Shown: piece after piece, positions 1 through 12,514 of the stretch
How positions within the stretch are numbered: the stretch's first letter is position 1
How the letters are laid out: each line of letters opens with the position of its first letter
Assembly: GCA_002633005.1 (NCBI GenBank)
Contig: NMRA01000147.1
Span: 543,988 to 607,987 of the forward strand
Direction of reading: 5' to 3'
Length of the DNA stretch: 64,000 nt
Origin: Phoronis australis
Lineage: Eukaryota > Animalia > Phoronida
Program-made: the position numbers and the translations under genes
The notes under the pieces: model-generated
Database searches by the model: none
Told to the model about the DNA's origin: nothing
What the model saw: the letters and a program-made list of their open reading frames with translations, nothing else

Positions 1-2013
1 ACGGTCAAACTTTGTTTAAGTAGCGCTGAAGCGCTGAGTAGGTTGCGTGCATCGGTAAGATTTACCGCTCCACTGGAAAATTCTAAGCGGAGGTAAGTTT
101 TCCAGTCGATATTCACCAGTTTCACAATAACGCAGTTCTGATAAACCACTCCTTTTAATGTAGTCTTTGTCGTATCCGATGTCAAGATGTTTTTCAGTCG
201 GTTACATATTGTCATTGAAGAGTTTTTGTAGCTCTCCGACGTGGCTTTGTACATTTCTGGATCGTTGATATCGAATGTGCTATTGTCAATGCTTGTAATT
301 CTTAACGTGACCATCAGGTGAGCCGTAATTATATTCTCGTCCAAGGCGGGTGCTGCAAAAATGAAAACGAGGTCACACTTCAGAAATTTGACGGTGAGAA
401 AACACAATAGTAACGATAACATATAACAGAGATAGTAAAAATTACTTACTTGACAAAGTAATTTATGCAAGTGGATGAATTTATGTAGATGCAGATAGAG
501 GATGGTAAGAATGAAAGGTTAGAAAACTGTTTGATCTAATTCGACAGTCCCTGCCTTGCTCTGTCCCTCCGGTCACATGGGGGCGTTGCGAACTGAAGGA
601 AGTATAAACGACAGATGGCTCATTTTTCACTTTAAGGTGTTGGCTAAAAACGAAAATTGAATTAGGCCTTTTAGTCTCATGAAATTATTGTCATAGTATT
701 ACTTACCGTGACAGGATTTTATTTCCGTTACAGACAAGAACATCAAACCACTAGCGATTCGAGAAAACGCTCCAGAACGGTTGGGCAACCCTAATTCGAA
801 AATAGCGCATGTACGCATTGTCCGTGGTTTGAGTTGTTATTGAAAATGGAATCACATGACAGTAAAAATACTATGAGGCCGATTTTTGAGATTAAAAGGC
901 CCAATTCAATTTTCATTTTTTAGCCAGCTAAACGGGGTGAAATGCAACTTCAACGGTGGAATTTTCCACATTTTTGTTGTAAACACGCCATGAGATTCTA
1001 TTTTGCCATACTCGTGTTCAGTACTGACTTTTAATGAAGTTTTGAAATTCATTTCCAAGTTATTTATTCTTAATAGCTAGTTGCGTGGGAATTTTAAAAG
1101 TCCGAAAATATAAAATCAATACCTTTTGGCAACGAACATCTATAATTTTTAGGTAGACATTTACTAATTAAAACATTTGTGAATTTTATCATGTCACTTG
1201 TACACACATCTTATTTTTATTATGTTATTTTTAGATAACATCAAAGACTAAAAAATATCGAGTTCGCCGTTTCTGACAGAAAATGAGTCACACATTTTGG
1301 TCAAAGTTTTTATACCAACACAATAAATCTATTGTCTATTACTCGGCTAATTGAATAAGGTTGGGTGCGCCCTAAGACTTAAACTGCTCTGATTACTGAA
1401 CCGCGCCCGTCACGTACACGTACGGCTTAACAACCATGTTTTGCTCCATTGAATAAGTAATAAATGTAAGGACTATCCACTTACCAAAACACATACGAAA
1501 AACGAGACAACGTACAAAGTTATAGCAAAAGCTTAAATCAATTTCAACGACCTGTTTCTAAAGTTCTCATTCTCCTATATGTAGACTTCTCGTAGTCACG
1601 CATTGCGTACACCTAGGTACGATAAAAATTCTACAAATTTCGTTTTTTCTCAGTCGCGACATTTCTCCTAATTGTTCATAGAACCGTTTAACTTGTAAAA
1701 GACTAAGACATACATCTGTACCCGTGTGAGCACGGATAGAGGGGTGTTACGTTAGGTTAAGAATGCTTTATACATCTTAAAATTGTTGACAATGTCATTG
1801 TCATAAGTTATGAACTGAAAGTATCATAATGATGACAGCCAGTGTCATTACATTATTTCCTACAAGCAGAATAAATTCAATAATTATCTTACCTTTAATT
1901 ACTAATTGCTAATTTGTAAAACGTTTTAACAATATTTAAAAATACTTACCTTGGGCTAATGTGCTTGGCAACCAAAAAATGGACAACACCCAACATAGAT
2001 GTAAACAGTTCAT
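1..2013 (-). CDS. 5' part of a secreted/membrane protein with signal peptide and SEA-like domain; continues beyond the left edge
   Basis: Exon 1 (2013-1950) reads MNCLHLCWVLSIFWLPSTLAQ, signal-peptide-like, followed by a G|GTAAG donor (phase 1). Exon 2 starts at 352 after ttttcatttttgcag and is open to position 1: APALDENIITAHLMVTLRITSIDNSTFDINDPEMYKATSESYKNSSMTICNRLKNIL...YQNCVIVKL...LRLEFSS. Phases match. The SEA assignment is from pattern resemblance only. Confidence 0.65.
640..928. mobile_element. MITE-like element with ~45-bp imperfect inverted repeats
   Basis: ttggctaaaaacgaaaattgaattaggccttttagtctca (~640-680) is the approximate reverse complement of tgagattaaaaggcccaattcaattttcattttttagccag (~887-928). 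No TSD recognised. Confidence 0.45.
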
Positions 2014-3367
2014 TCTTGTCGCAATTCGACGAAGGTGACTCGGTTCAATGATCGTCTTTTCACACAAAAACACCGTAATAAACCTTTGTAATGTACATCT
2101 TTAAAAAGCTAACATCCTACCGAAAAACGACTAAATCAGCGGGTCCTTCTCCGTGTCCCTTTGTGAGGAATGCAGTAAATCCGATAAGAACGAGCAGTTA
2201 ACAAAATGCTAACTGCACTCGACGCGCCCTGAGAAAGGTCTCACTGTTTGTTGATGACGAGCCCACTACGACACGGCAAACATTTGCCCTAAACTAATAG
2301 GTCATTAAATCAAGCCGTCAAATAGATAAGCCATTTTAGTCAAGGTGAATGCAACAGGATGTGCGTAAGCTCACTGATTTTATACAAAACCATTGTCCGG
2401 AACGAATACAATTGTGATGGGTGGAGCGCTGACGAAACACACATAGTTGAACCACACATAGATCTTGTTTTTTAATACAGGACACTGGGTATGGTTGTTT
2501 TGTGCATAATGCGGTATAATGTGTCTACTGGAACAGATTTTGTGGCGCAAAGTAATTGCTTGCCCGCTTGCTTTCAGTACTGAAATACATTGGTACATGA
2601 TCGTGCAAATATGTTCGTTTAGGCTGAGTTTATTCCAATTTGCACCAAAACGATTTGTTTCACAAAGTAAAATGTTCCACCAATGGGTCTGTTGTTATCA
2701 GGCGTATGTTTATATTTAACAGTGAAACTGGTGTCCTAACAGAAACGACACTCTAGTTTGAGATTGTAAAGGGGAGTGTGAAAGATCACGAAAATACTCG
2801 AGAAACAATATGTGTCGAATGCTTTTTGTGTCGTTATCTTAGCATTGGAAAATTTTATTGAAAAATTTTTGAATTTGAAAATGTAATCAAACATGCATGA
2901 AATATCGCTCAATTTGTTACCATCGCTTTTATTACGACTGCTTCAAAGCAGCTAAAACACATTTGTGTCTTCTAATGTCACTACCAGCCACACATTCGGT
3001 AGCTCTCGAACTTGATCACATTTGAATCATTGCATTCTTCCCATGTCGTGCTCTTCTTAGATCTTTGATATCTCTGTGAATTTGTCTTAAGACACTTAAA
3101 ATTCCATATGTCTTGATACTACCGTGCAATAACCATAGTGTCATTGTACATGTACGGTCAGGTGACAATAAATATAAAAGTATGTGAAACTACACGTGTT
3201 TTGATAAGGGTGTTTATCGTAACGTAAGTAAGACAGAACCACTTTCTCCGGCAGTAATTTCAAAGTTGCGACCTGATCAACCATCGACGGTTTAAGCTGG
3301 ATAAACTACATGAATTGACGTCTACTATACATTTCAAAAACTAAAAACAAACGAAATACACTAGAGC

Positions 3368-3438
3368 CATGGGCGGCGCACCATCGAGGGCTGGGGGTCT
3401 GTAACCCCACTTTTTTCAGTGCTGTGCCGCCGCCAATG
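3368..3438. repeat. Short GC-rich interspersed repeat (CATGGGCGGCG...CGCCAATG), copy 1 of 3
   Basis: Related copies at 8396-8465 (inverted) and 54943-55038. Short terminal inverted repeats with hAT-MITE-like CA..TG ends. Confidence 0.55.
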
Positions 3439-4929
3439 AAAGGGCATTTGGTAATTAATATTGCTATCTCTCCTCACAATAAACATTGTTGTCACTCGGC
3501 CCTCGGTGTCACCTCCGTCTTCCTCAAAGTCGCCCGTTCACGTCAGCTTGTAAACAAAGAATGTGAAACTTTTCATTGTAAACTGCAGTGGTAACTACAG
3601 TAGCGTTATGTTTTCATTATTCTAAGATGTAAAATAACAGTAATAATATCCAATTAACTCAGTCAAAAACTTTTATTTATATGACACATTGTCGGTAAAT
3701 CGACAACATTTGTCTGCCTCCGACCTGGGACCGAAGCCGAAACTAAGAACACATCAAGGTACATGTAGGTCAAATTAGCCATAGCGATATTACGAGTGGC
3801 AGTCGCTACTGATATGAATGAAACAGGGATAAATTGAAAATTGGTGACAATGAATAAAAATCCATAAAGTACACAAAAGCAGGGTAACTGGCGGTAAGAA
3901 TACAATCTCAAATGTCGTCTGCTCACCTGTCGTAAACTTTGATTTGGGGTTCAGGTTTGACCGACTCAAACGGGGAGAGCTGCATTTAGAGGAGACCTCA
4001 CAGTCTCAAGTAGCAAGTCAGAGATATGGGGACCAAGTTGACGAAGGGGAAGTCAAAAAATTCATAGAATCGAAAAAATAAAAACACGAAGAAAAAACCG
4101 CGAGTAATGTCAGAACTTTTTGAAACCCGACTTTTCAGTGTCGTTGTATTCCTACGCGTATTGGCCAACGAGGAAGAACTTTAGACTCGGAAAAGAAATG
4201 CAGGTTAGATCTTAATAACGTCGTATAAATATGTTAAACAACGTGTAGTTTAACATATATGTACCATTTTGTTGCACTACATGTACACCAAGATATAATG
4301 ATCTGGGTTATTTGTATTATTTCATATGATTTCCACATGGAATAAGTATTTTTGACCGAAGCGCTACATATCATTTCTTGATCGCAATTAACAAAGTAAA
4401 CATGTCACACATCAGGCAGTACAGTACAGTAGGTGGCATGCTAGTGCATTGTGGGGAAATTTAATTATGGAATTAATTTTCTGAAATTACGAAGTCTACG
4501 ACGTTAGGTGTCATTTCCGTTAATATTTGGTTGAAGGGACCACGTTCATAGTTGGACAATTTTTGAATGAACGACATCATTATATACAGGCCTACAAGCA
4601 TACCGTCATAAATGTACGCATATCTCCATAGATATTCTCATTGATGCTCTTTCTTTATCTACACCACCTCTGGTGAGTAATCCCATTGTCACGAGTTTCG
4701 ATAACTTATCACTATCCGGTTGTTTTCGTAATAAGTGAATCACCATTCGAAAAATCATGTAATACACCCGTGAAACTCATGGATTAATCAACACACATTT
4801 TATCTGGCTATCTCTATTCGTAAACCTGACTGGCATGAACGAGAACCTGCGGCTCGAGAATTCATAGCATGCGTTGAAACCCCGTCTTTTCATGAAAGTG
4901 CGCGTGTATTGGTTACTAATTTGGGTGTA

Positions 4930-7900
4930 ATGGAGCACCCTGTTATCGACCAGGGTCCGACAGTTGCAGCTCCACTAGTTATTAACAGAGTTACTGTTGT
5001 ACTCAACATAACCAGTTGCGTGTTGTCTATTCTCGGAGCCGCGGCCATATTTGTGCTGTACTTCACCTATCCGGACATCAGAACACCCAGCAAGACCTTC
5101 CTCATATTCCTGACAATTGCAGATTTAATCACGGCAGCTGGTAACCTAGTTGGAATATGTCGCTACATTGTCGAATCGGGAGAGACTCCATTTGAGGTTA
5201 TTTGCACCGTGGATGGTCACAATCCTCTCCTACATGAAGAAGTTGTTTGTGTAGTTCAGAGTTTCGTCACAGTATTCTCAAATCTTGCATCCTTCTTCTG
5301 GACAACGGCCATCTCCTTCTTACTTTTGCTTCCAATAGCAAGAAGAGGTTTGGTGTTAGGAACACGCTTCAAGGTTTTGTGTCATGTCGTTTGTTGGACC
5401 ATACCAGGTGACCATATTGAAGTTAATTACATTCACCTAGCAGTCTTTGAGCTGCTACGAAACTGTCTTCTGCCCAAAAAGCTAGCTTTTGATTTTGGCT
5501 ACTCACCGTCAGTAGCGTGCGGAGGTTTGGTGACGCCCGAGGAGATTTTTTATTGAATGCGCCTCTCTATTCAAGTGCACCCTAGTGCCATGAAAATTAA
5601 GAAATTAAACATCATTCACAATTTCAAAAGGTTTATTTATTGATCGGATGCCCCCCATGTGGATGCCCGGGGCTCCGCCCCGCCCCCTCCCCCCCCCTTC
5701 TGCACGCTACTGCTCACCGTAACTGACATCAACTTTACTAAACACTAAGAATAGGCAGTTTCAAATAATTACTACTTCAATGAGTGCTTGGCGGGTAAAA
5801 AGTTGCGTCAAATCATCGCATTGAATCTTACCTTGAGCGTAACGAACTTTCAATTATTTCCGAGCCCAAAAACCACTTGTAATTTCAATAAGGAACAATC
5901 TGAGGACACGTTTTTGTAGACTGTGAATTCGGGACAGCTTTAACAGAATGTGTCCGTTTCAAGTTTCCTACTTTTTTGCAACTAATGAAAACATAACCGG
6001 CCGTCGGTTATGGGCCATCTTTGGATGGTTGACCCGAGTTGAGACCTGGGTTCCCAGACTGGTGCTGAAAGATTATTTGGCGCTAAAAGCGAGATTTTTA
6101 TTTAGACCATTCACAGTCAAGGAATTCATCTCAAAATTTTCCTAATTCACTAATTTTAAAGCTTCGAAAGAACTGGCAGTTCATTACTCGAAACTTGGCT
6201 TTCTACAAGTTATTTTATGCACCGAGCAGGGTCTCGAGGCATATCGAACTCAAAGTTCTTTGCTAATCCAGAGAACTTTTCTCGTTTGAGTAAGTAACAA
6301 GTTGAGACCAATTTTAAAGTGGCAAGTGTTCTAAATCAAAAGGTCGCTTCCAGGACGTCACGTGAGTTATAGTCCGCTTTGTTATGAAAAAGCTCATGTC
6401 GGTTTGAGAAAAACGAGGGAATCCGTGGAGTGAAATAAATGTTCCCTTTAGTAGGCTATTATTGACGCAGTGCGACCTTGCAAGTTTAAAAGGATTTCAT
6501 AAATGACCAATTCAAGCACAACTGTAAGGCTACATTCAAAATTTGTGGCCGATTTGTTCAACGAACACGGTCTCCATACTCTAACTGGAACACCAAGTTT
6601 TGTTTTATTTTAATGCGAATTCAGGATAGTCGTGTTTGATTTTGTGTCCGAGTACCACAAATTCATAGACACAGCCCAAGTTCGCATTTTATGACCATTG
6701 GAATCAAAGGTAAACAACAAAATCCATTAGGCGCTGCCTCGCATTTCCCAACGGGCAACTATGAATGCTTCTTACAGGTTGGGACCATAACAGGCACTTA
6801 CCACATGACCAGGATTTTTGTGACTGTCTTGTATTTTTTTGGGTCAGGAAACAGAAATAGGGTGTCAGTGTTATCGCTGTTTCTTCGTTGCAACATCTTT
6901 TCCCGACCGTTTTAGAAACTATAGACTTTAAAAACTAAAGCCGACATTGAAAATTGAACATTTTCACTATTTGATCGTCAAAAATCGGTTTACTACAGCA
7001 AATTGAAATAGAAATACATCGCATTGCAACTGTTGTTCTTTCATTGATATCTCCCGACCTGTATAGCGTAACGTGCTTATCAGAGGTTGCTATGAAACTA
7101 AGAACGGAGAACGCGTCATGACAAACGCGAAAATGTTGCTTCAAAACCGGGCTTATCAAGCGCGAATTAGGATTACAAGCTCATAGATATGAGTACTCGA
7201 AGTTTTAGTCAGGTTTTATGAATTCTTCTGTTTCCGGCATACCGGCGGCATTAAACGCAGCTCAGAAAATATTAAAGCAAACAAAAATCAGCCTACCACC
7301 CCAAACACTAGATTTAAACCACTTAACTGAAATTGGTCTCAAATTATTCCTTTGGTGGGGAATTCGGGGCTACAAAAGAACTAACAGTTCGTTATTGCTC
7401 GCGACCAAAGTCTGCAGGCTGGACGGTCACGGCGAGTAATCTTATATGTGCCTATTGTAGTTTCAATCAAGGTATAACGAACTACCAGTTCTTTGTAAAC
7501 CCAGCCTCCCGTTCAGTAACGCTAGAATTTCGCTAGACTTCGCGAGATTACGTGAGATACTGCCGTGTATTTCAAACGAGAACATGTGACTCTGGCTAGA
7601 TTTTAACTAGGTCCTAGCCTAGGTCCTAGAGTTACTGAACGCACGCCATGAATCATTCCTCACCTGAGCAAGGAACAACTTGAGGCCAGTTTCATAACAG
7701 CGACTGGTCTAAAGCAAAATGTCGCTTCAGTGGGAGGAGCCCGGATTTACAGCCACTTAAAATAGAAAATGAGCTAGAGGAGTTCGAGTTCAGAAAATGG
7801 CTACGGAATCATGATGTACGTTGTACATCACTTGTTTTATGTCCAACGCTTTATTCGAATGTGTAAAGTTGTGTTATACATTAATTCGAATTATATATGG

Positions 7901-9054
7901 CTTGGCTAACTAGTGAATGTGTGTCCACATTTATTCCCAGCTTCTGATTGGCAGCTGCGTGTTAATAACGTTGAGTATCATAACGTTTCACAGGTGTAAT
8001 TGCTGTGACGGCTGTTTCTCTCCAAAAACTTGGAAATGACAATTACGCTACTAGCAGCGGTTGGTGTTGGATAGATCGTTGTGTATTGGACAAGCTGTTT
8101 TGGATGCTATTCACAGGCAAAGGCTGGGAGCTGGCCGTGTATTTGATTATAGGAGTCAATTATATACTGTTGAAGTGTTTCATTGTTCAGGTAAGCATTT
8201 TTGTAAGCACGATAGACATAGGAATAACTTAGTAAAACATATCGTCGGCGGAGACCACTTAGTGCTGGACCGAGATCTGAAGAACAGTCCCGTCAAATTA
8301 AAGTTTGTACACTAATGTGAGCCAGGAAGAAATGCTTCGTGTCAGCTTTTTGAGGTAGTTTTCGACATTTTCTGAGAAAACTCAATTCGACATTTCATGG
8401 GCGGCGGAGCACTGAAATAAGTGGGGGCTATAACCCCGCCCCTGCCCCTATGGTGCGCCGCCATGCAGTTTAGACAAGCTTTAGCTTCATGTAAAACAAC
8501 ATTTTCGTTAATAACTCATGAATATCTCTCTGCAACTTACTCACTCTGTAACGTGCACGAACCAAGTTTATGATGTCTAATTTCTAAATGTTCATTTTTA
8601 AGTTTTCACAGTTTTCTGAAGGACGCGTGATCGACTAATAGTACCGTTTTCTGTGTTACAGTACGAGTCTAGAATGTCTAGATTACCAGTCTGGGAGCGT
8701 TACGCAAGCGAGAGAATCAACGAACGAGCTCTCCGCGCGGAGGATAAAAATTTCATCTACGTTCCGCTCATACTTTATGCACTGCGTATATGGGGAACCA
8801 TTCGATTCTTCATAGATCGTGTAGACGGTGACTTAAATAACAAATCTGGTTTACTGACGATGCAAGGAATCGGTGATAGCCTGCAAGCATTCGTTAACTT
8901 TATTGTATTCTTCGCCTGCGACGCCTCCGTTCGCAGTATCATCATCATGGACATCGGAAGCAGGCGATGGCAACGGCAAAGAGATGAGACAAGGCGCCGT
9001 GATGCGGTGTCGCATATGTTCACGAGTGAAAGTTATTCTTATTCGGAAAACTGA
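4930..9054 (+). CDS. GPR157: GPR157-like (cAMP-receptor-like) 7-TM G-protein-coupled receptor, 3 exons, ~355 aa
   Basis: Exons 4930-5407, 7994-8190 and 8662-9054, all GT-AG with consistent phases (1068 nt). Motifs CVLSILG, FLTIADL, CVVQSFV..FSNLASFFWT, CHVVCW.IP, GWCWI, WMLFTGKGWE, DKNFIYVPLILYALRIWGTIRF match the GPR157 family. Confidence 0.88.
5510..5712. mobile_element. hAT-type MITE in GPR157 intron 1
   Basis: TIRs CAGTAGCGTGC / GCACGCTACTG with a perfect 8-bp TSD CTCACCGT at 5502-5509 and 5713-5720. Confidence 0.85.
8396..8465. repeat. Short GC-rich interspersed repeat, copy 2 (inverted)
   Basis: Reverse-complement similarity to 3368-3438 and 54943-55038. Confidence 0.55.
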
Positions 9055-10108
9055 TCTTTTCTTACCGCTCATATCTAAAACGCAGTTTATAAACCAGTTT
9101 ACTGAACCACGCTCTACATTTCTCTAAACTTTTCTTGCCATATCAGGAAGTGAGCTGCATTTCGAAAAGTATCAGTAAGTGAACAGCGTCAACATCATTG
9201 GTTTCGATAGTGGTAGCCATCTCTGTCAAACCTGGGTATGTCAATCGCTGGTGGTCTTCTCAAGTCCGATTTTGAGAGTACGCTGTAGTTTGTCAGAGTC
9301 AATTAGTCTGTTTGATGACTTTCAAGTTTATGCAGTAAGAAGAACACATGTCAAATACGGTGAGATGCAAGTACTATAAAATTCGCCTACTGACAACAGT
9401 CGCCAAATTTCAAAGTTAAAGCTATTTTTTTCCTGACAGAGACAAAAACAAAGTGAAACTTAGCTCGCCTTTTTAGACGGTTAAAACAATGCAGAATGTC
9501 CCAACATAATCAGTCTGACTGGTTGTGTAACCGGGCTGCGCGCAATATAGCTTTCAATATTTTTTGCGTTTTCTCTTGTTAAGTTCGAACTCGCGGCAAA
9601 CTTTCAAAACTGAAAAGAATTGCACTGGTTTATATTATCGCTTATTATTACAAAAAAACAACAACAACAACAACAACTGTAGAATGTAGAATAGATGTAT
9701 TCTATCTTGTAGAACAGTAGGTTATTTGTAAAGCAGTTCGATACTTTCGTTCGCCTACACGCGGAGAACACAGTCATCAAATTGTTTTCAGAAGTCAAAT
9801 CGAGACACAGAGCTCAGGGTTAGCCACTGCAAAAATTTTAAAAAATTCCATTTTATATGGTTCACACATTTGTGACACCGTTAAAGTGCCAGGCAGCGCC
9901 ATCTTTAGAAAGCAGTGGATGGAACACTTTGTTAGTCATGAACTAAATGGTATTCATTGACGGCATCAACTTGAAGATACACCGCACGCAAACTTGATAT
10001 ATTTCAGGTTGAGTTAAGATTTTATTGACCTAATCATATCGCTGCTAATTGTTAAACATTTTGTGGATAAAAACATGAATGATTATCGGCTAATATTTTA
10101 GTAGTTAA

Positions 10109-11448
10109 AGGCGAAGGCAACCTTTTTTCATGTGACTTTTAGCAAAAATAAGGTTCTTTGATTATCCCAGACACATTTTTCACTTAATTACAGCTTTTCG
10201 TAATTTGATTAATTTCTCGTCCTCTACTCCGGAAGTGACGTTTTGGGAGGCAAGAGTTTCGCGCCAATTTCATTTCATTATAGTCTGACTATGAGAGCTG
10301 TCGAGTCAGTCATTGTTCAACATCGGTTGTGATAAATTTGGTCGTCGTTTGCTTTTGCTTACAAGTCAGTCAACATGCCACGCTGTTGCTGCGTGCCGGA
10401 ATGTATTCATTATCGTCTCACACGCGCTTTGGGTACCTTGCGTCGCTTTGCGAATGATGACACACTTCGCCACACTTGGCTAGCTCGTTCATGTGAAGAA
10501 CGCAGCGCTACCCGTCCACGCAACGTACAAAGCAGTGGAGGGTTACCGAGGAAGGCAAGCATTTTCTGCCGTCAGATTACGACAGAGATATGTACGCTGA
10601 ATTGATGAAGGTCCCTTCGAAACAACGCCTGAAGAAAGGTACCATACCGTCGCTGTTGATTCCCGGCAGTGCCCCGTCGCCAACCTCGAGAAGTGCGTTT
10701 TTGAAGCGAGAAGCCTCGAGAGCTGTGGCCTCTATATACAGTGGCTGGAAGCACTTCATCTACGGTCACCCGTGCCTCCGAACGTACCCTATTGCGTGCA
10801 ATTCCGGGAACTAGCAGCTAGTGATTCGCCCTGTGCTGTTGTCTCTAGCCCAGAGCCTGTAAGCAGCCCTGCAGCGATGTTGAGTAGTGGGAGTGAATAC
10901 AGGCCCAGTTCGACACCCAGTGAAGAGGACAGTTCGTCATCCAATGAACATATCGTGAGCCTTAGTTTTATAAGTTTATCGTGGACTTGTATTGGAGCTA
11001 TTTAGAAGGTGCCAGGTGTGTGACGAGGGAGTCACACGGCGGGATGTAAGCAGTTTGGGTGGTCAGATCACCCTCCAGTTGGAGTGTGTCGCGGGACACT
11101 CGGGCAAGTGGGACAGTTCTTCCTCTGTACGTGAGACGATAATGAGTACACCCCAGTACGCAGCAACAGCGTGGCATGTTGATTGACTCGTAAGCAAAAG
11201 CAAACGACGACCGAACTTATCACAACCGAGGTAGAACAATGACTGACTCGACTGCTCTCACAGTCAGACTACATGTATATGAAAAGAAATTGGCGCGAAA
11301 TTCTTGCCTCCCAAAACGTCACTTCCGGAGTAGACGACGAGTAATTAATTAAATTACGAAAAGCAGTAAATAAGTGAAAAAAATGTGTGGGATAATCAAC
11401 GAACCTTATTTTTGCTAAAAATGACATGAAAAAAGGTTGCCTTCGCCT
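10109..11448 (+). mobile_element. Non-autonomous Kolobok-like DNA transposon with degenerate THAP/zinc-finger transposase fragment
   Basis: TTAA on both sides (10105-10108, 11449-11452); termini AGGCGAAGGCAACC / GGTTGCCTTCGCCT; ~300-bp TIRs. Internal frameshifted THAP pieces (MPRCCCVPEC...W..., RLKKGTIPSL) and ELFRRCQVC...GGQITLQLECVAGHSGKWDS. A TTAA TSD, RR termini and THAP are Kolobok hallmarks. Confidence 0.82.
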
Positions 11449-11500
11449 TTAAAGTATGTATAAGTTGACCAGTTGTTTAAGAAAGCCATAAGTATCTCAA

Positions 11501-11692
11501 ACGTTGTACTGCTTCAGACGTTGTACCACTTCAGACGTCGTCTAGTACAGCCTGTGGCGTCGTATCGCCTCTGACGTTGTACCGCCTCATACGTTGTACC
11601 GCCTGAGACGTAGTACACCCTCCGACGATACCGCCTCACACATCGTACCGCCTCAGACGTTGTATCGCCTCAGACGTTGTACCGCCTCAGAC
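11501..11692 (+). repeat. Minisatellite, ~17-bp unit CAGACGTTGTACCGCCT, about 11 degenerate copies
   Basis: Directly visible tandem units such as cagacgttgtaccgcct and catacgttgtaccgcct. Confidence 0.85.
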
Positions 11693-12514
11693 ATAATGGA
11701 GACTTCCGATGTGTGTTTTAGAGCAAAACATCGTAGACTCTGTGTAAAAGATGTGGTGCATATATGACACTTAAGTGAAAACATATCATGGGCAGAAGTC
11801 TATGGTGTCTCAAGCTTATATTTTTCACAACAGGTTGCTATACTTACAAACTTAGCGCAGGAATAATTGAAAGGTGGATTTAGAATTTCTAGCCGTTTCC
11901 ACAATAAGGATGCCAGGCAGTGAATTCAAGTAACAGCTTCCAGACTACAGGTTTGGTTTCAAAATAAATGTTGTAGACACGCTCAACTACAGAGCTAGAG
12001 AGACGTTACACCGATTTATATCATCCACGATTCTAAACAGTGCCAAAACATTGAGCAAATGACCATTCAAAACACAAATACAAAACTGTTAGTTTCTTTC
12101 TGTTGCTCACAGAAACAGTATAGACTGGCAAACATCATTTTTAGCAGAAACCTTTGTTCACGAATATTCAGTAAATTGAGCACCATGAAATCCACAAAAA
12201 TCATCAATGCATATTTACAGTCGTTAAGTTAGGTCTGCACAATGATTACCGCCACTCAAAAAACCTTATTCACAAGTAATGTTTTCCGTGCTCGCACCCA
12301 GCCTTCAAAATGGGGGGCTCGAATTCCTGACGTTATGGACCTTTTGCTAACAAAAGAGCGGGCGGACTAAAAAAAAAAAGGAGCACCACTGTGAATTGCG
12401 CGTTTGCGCTTATTTACTGGACTTTTGTCCCATTTCCTCGGACATTTTGTCTCTCGGGGCGGACCCTTTTGCCCACTTCACCAAATGGGGGGGGGGCTCG
12501 TTTGATTTAAAAAT

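Noticed and set aside
4909-5556. ORF-track 215-aa protein as a complete gene
   Set aside because: It starts at a non-ATG codon and reads through the donor at 5407 into intron and MITE sequence; it is exon 1 of GPR157.
11501-11692. CRISPR-like array
   Set aside because: No unique spacers, eukaryotic context and no cas genes.
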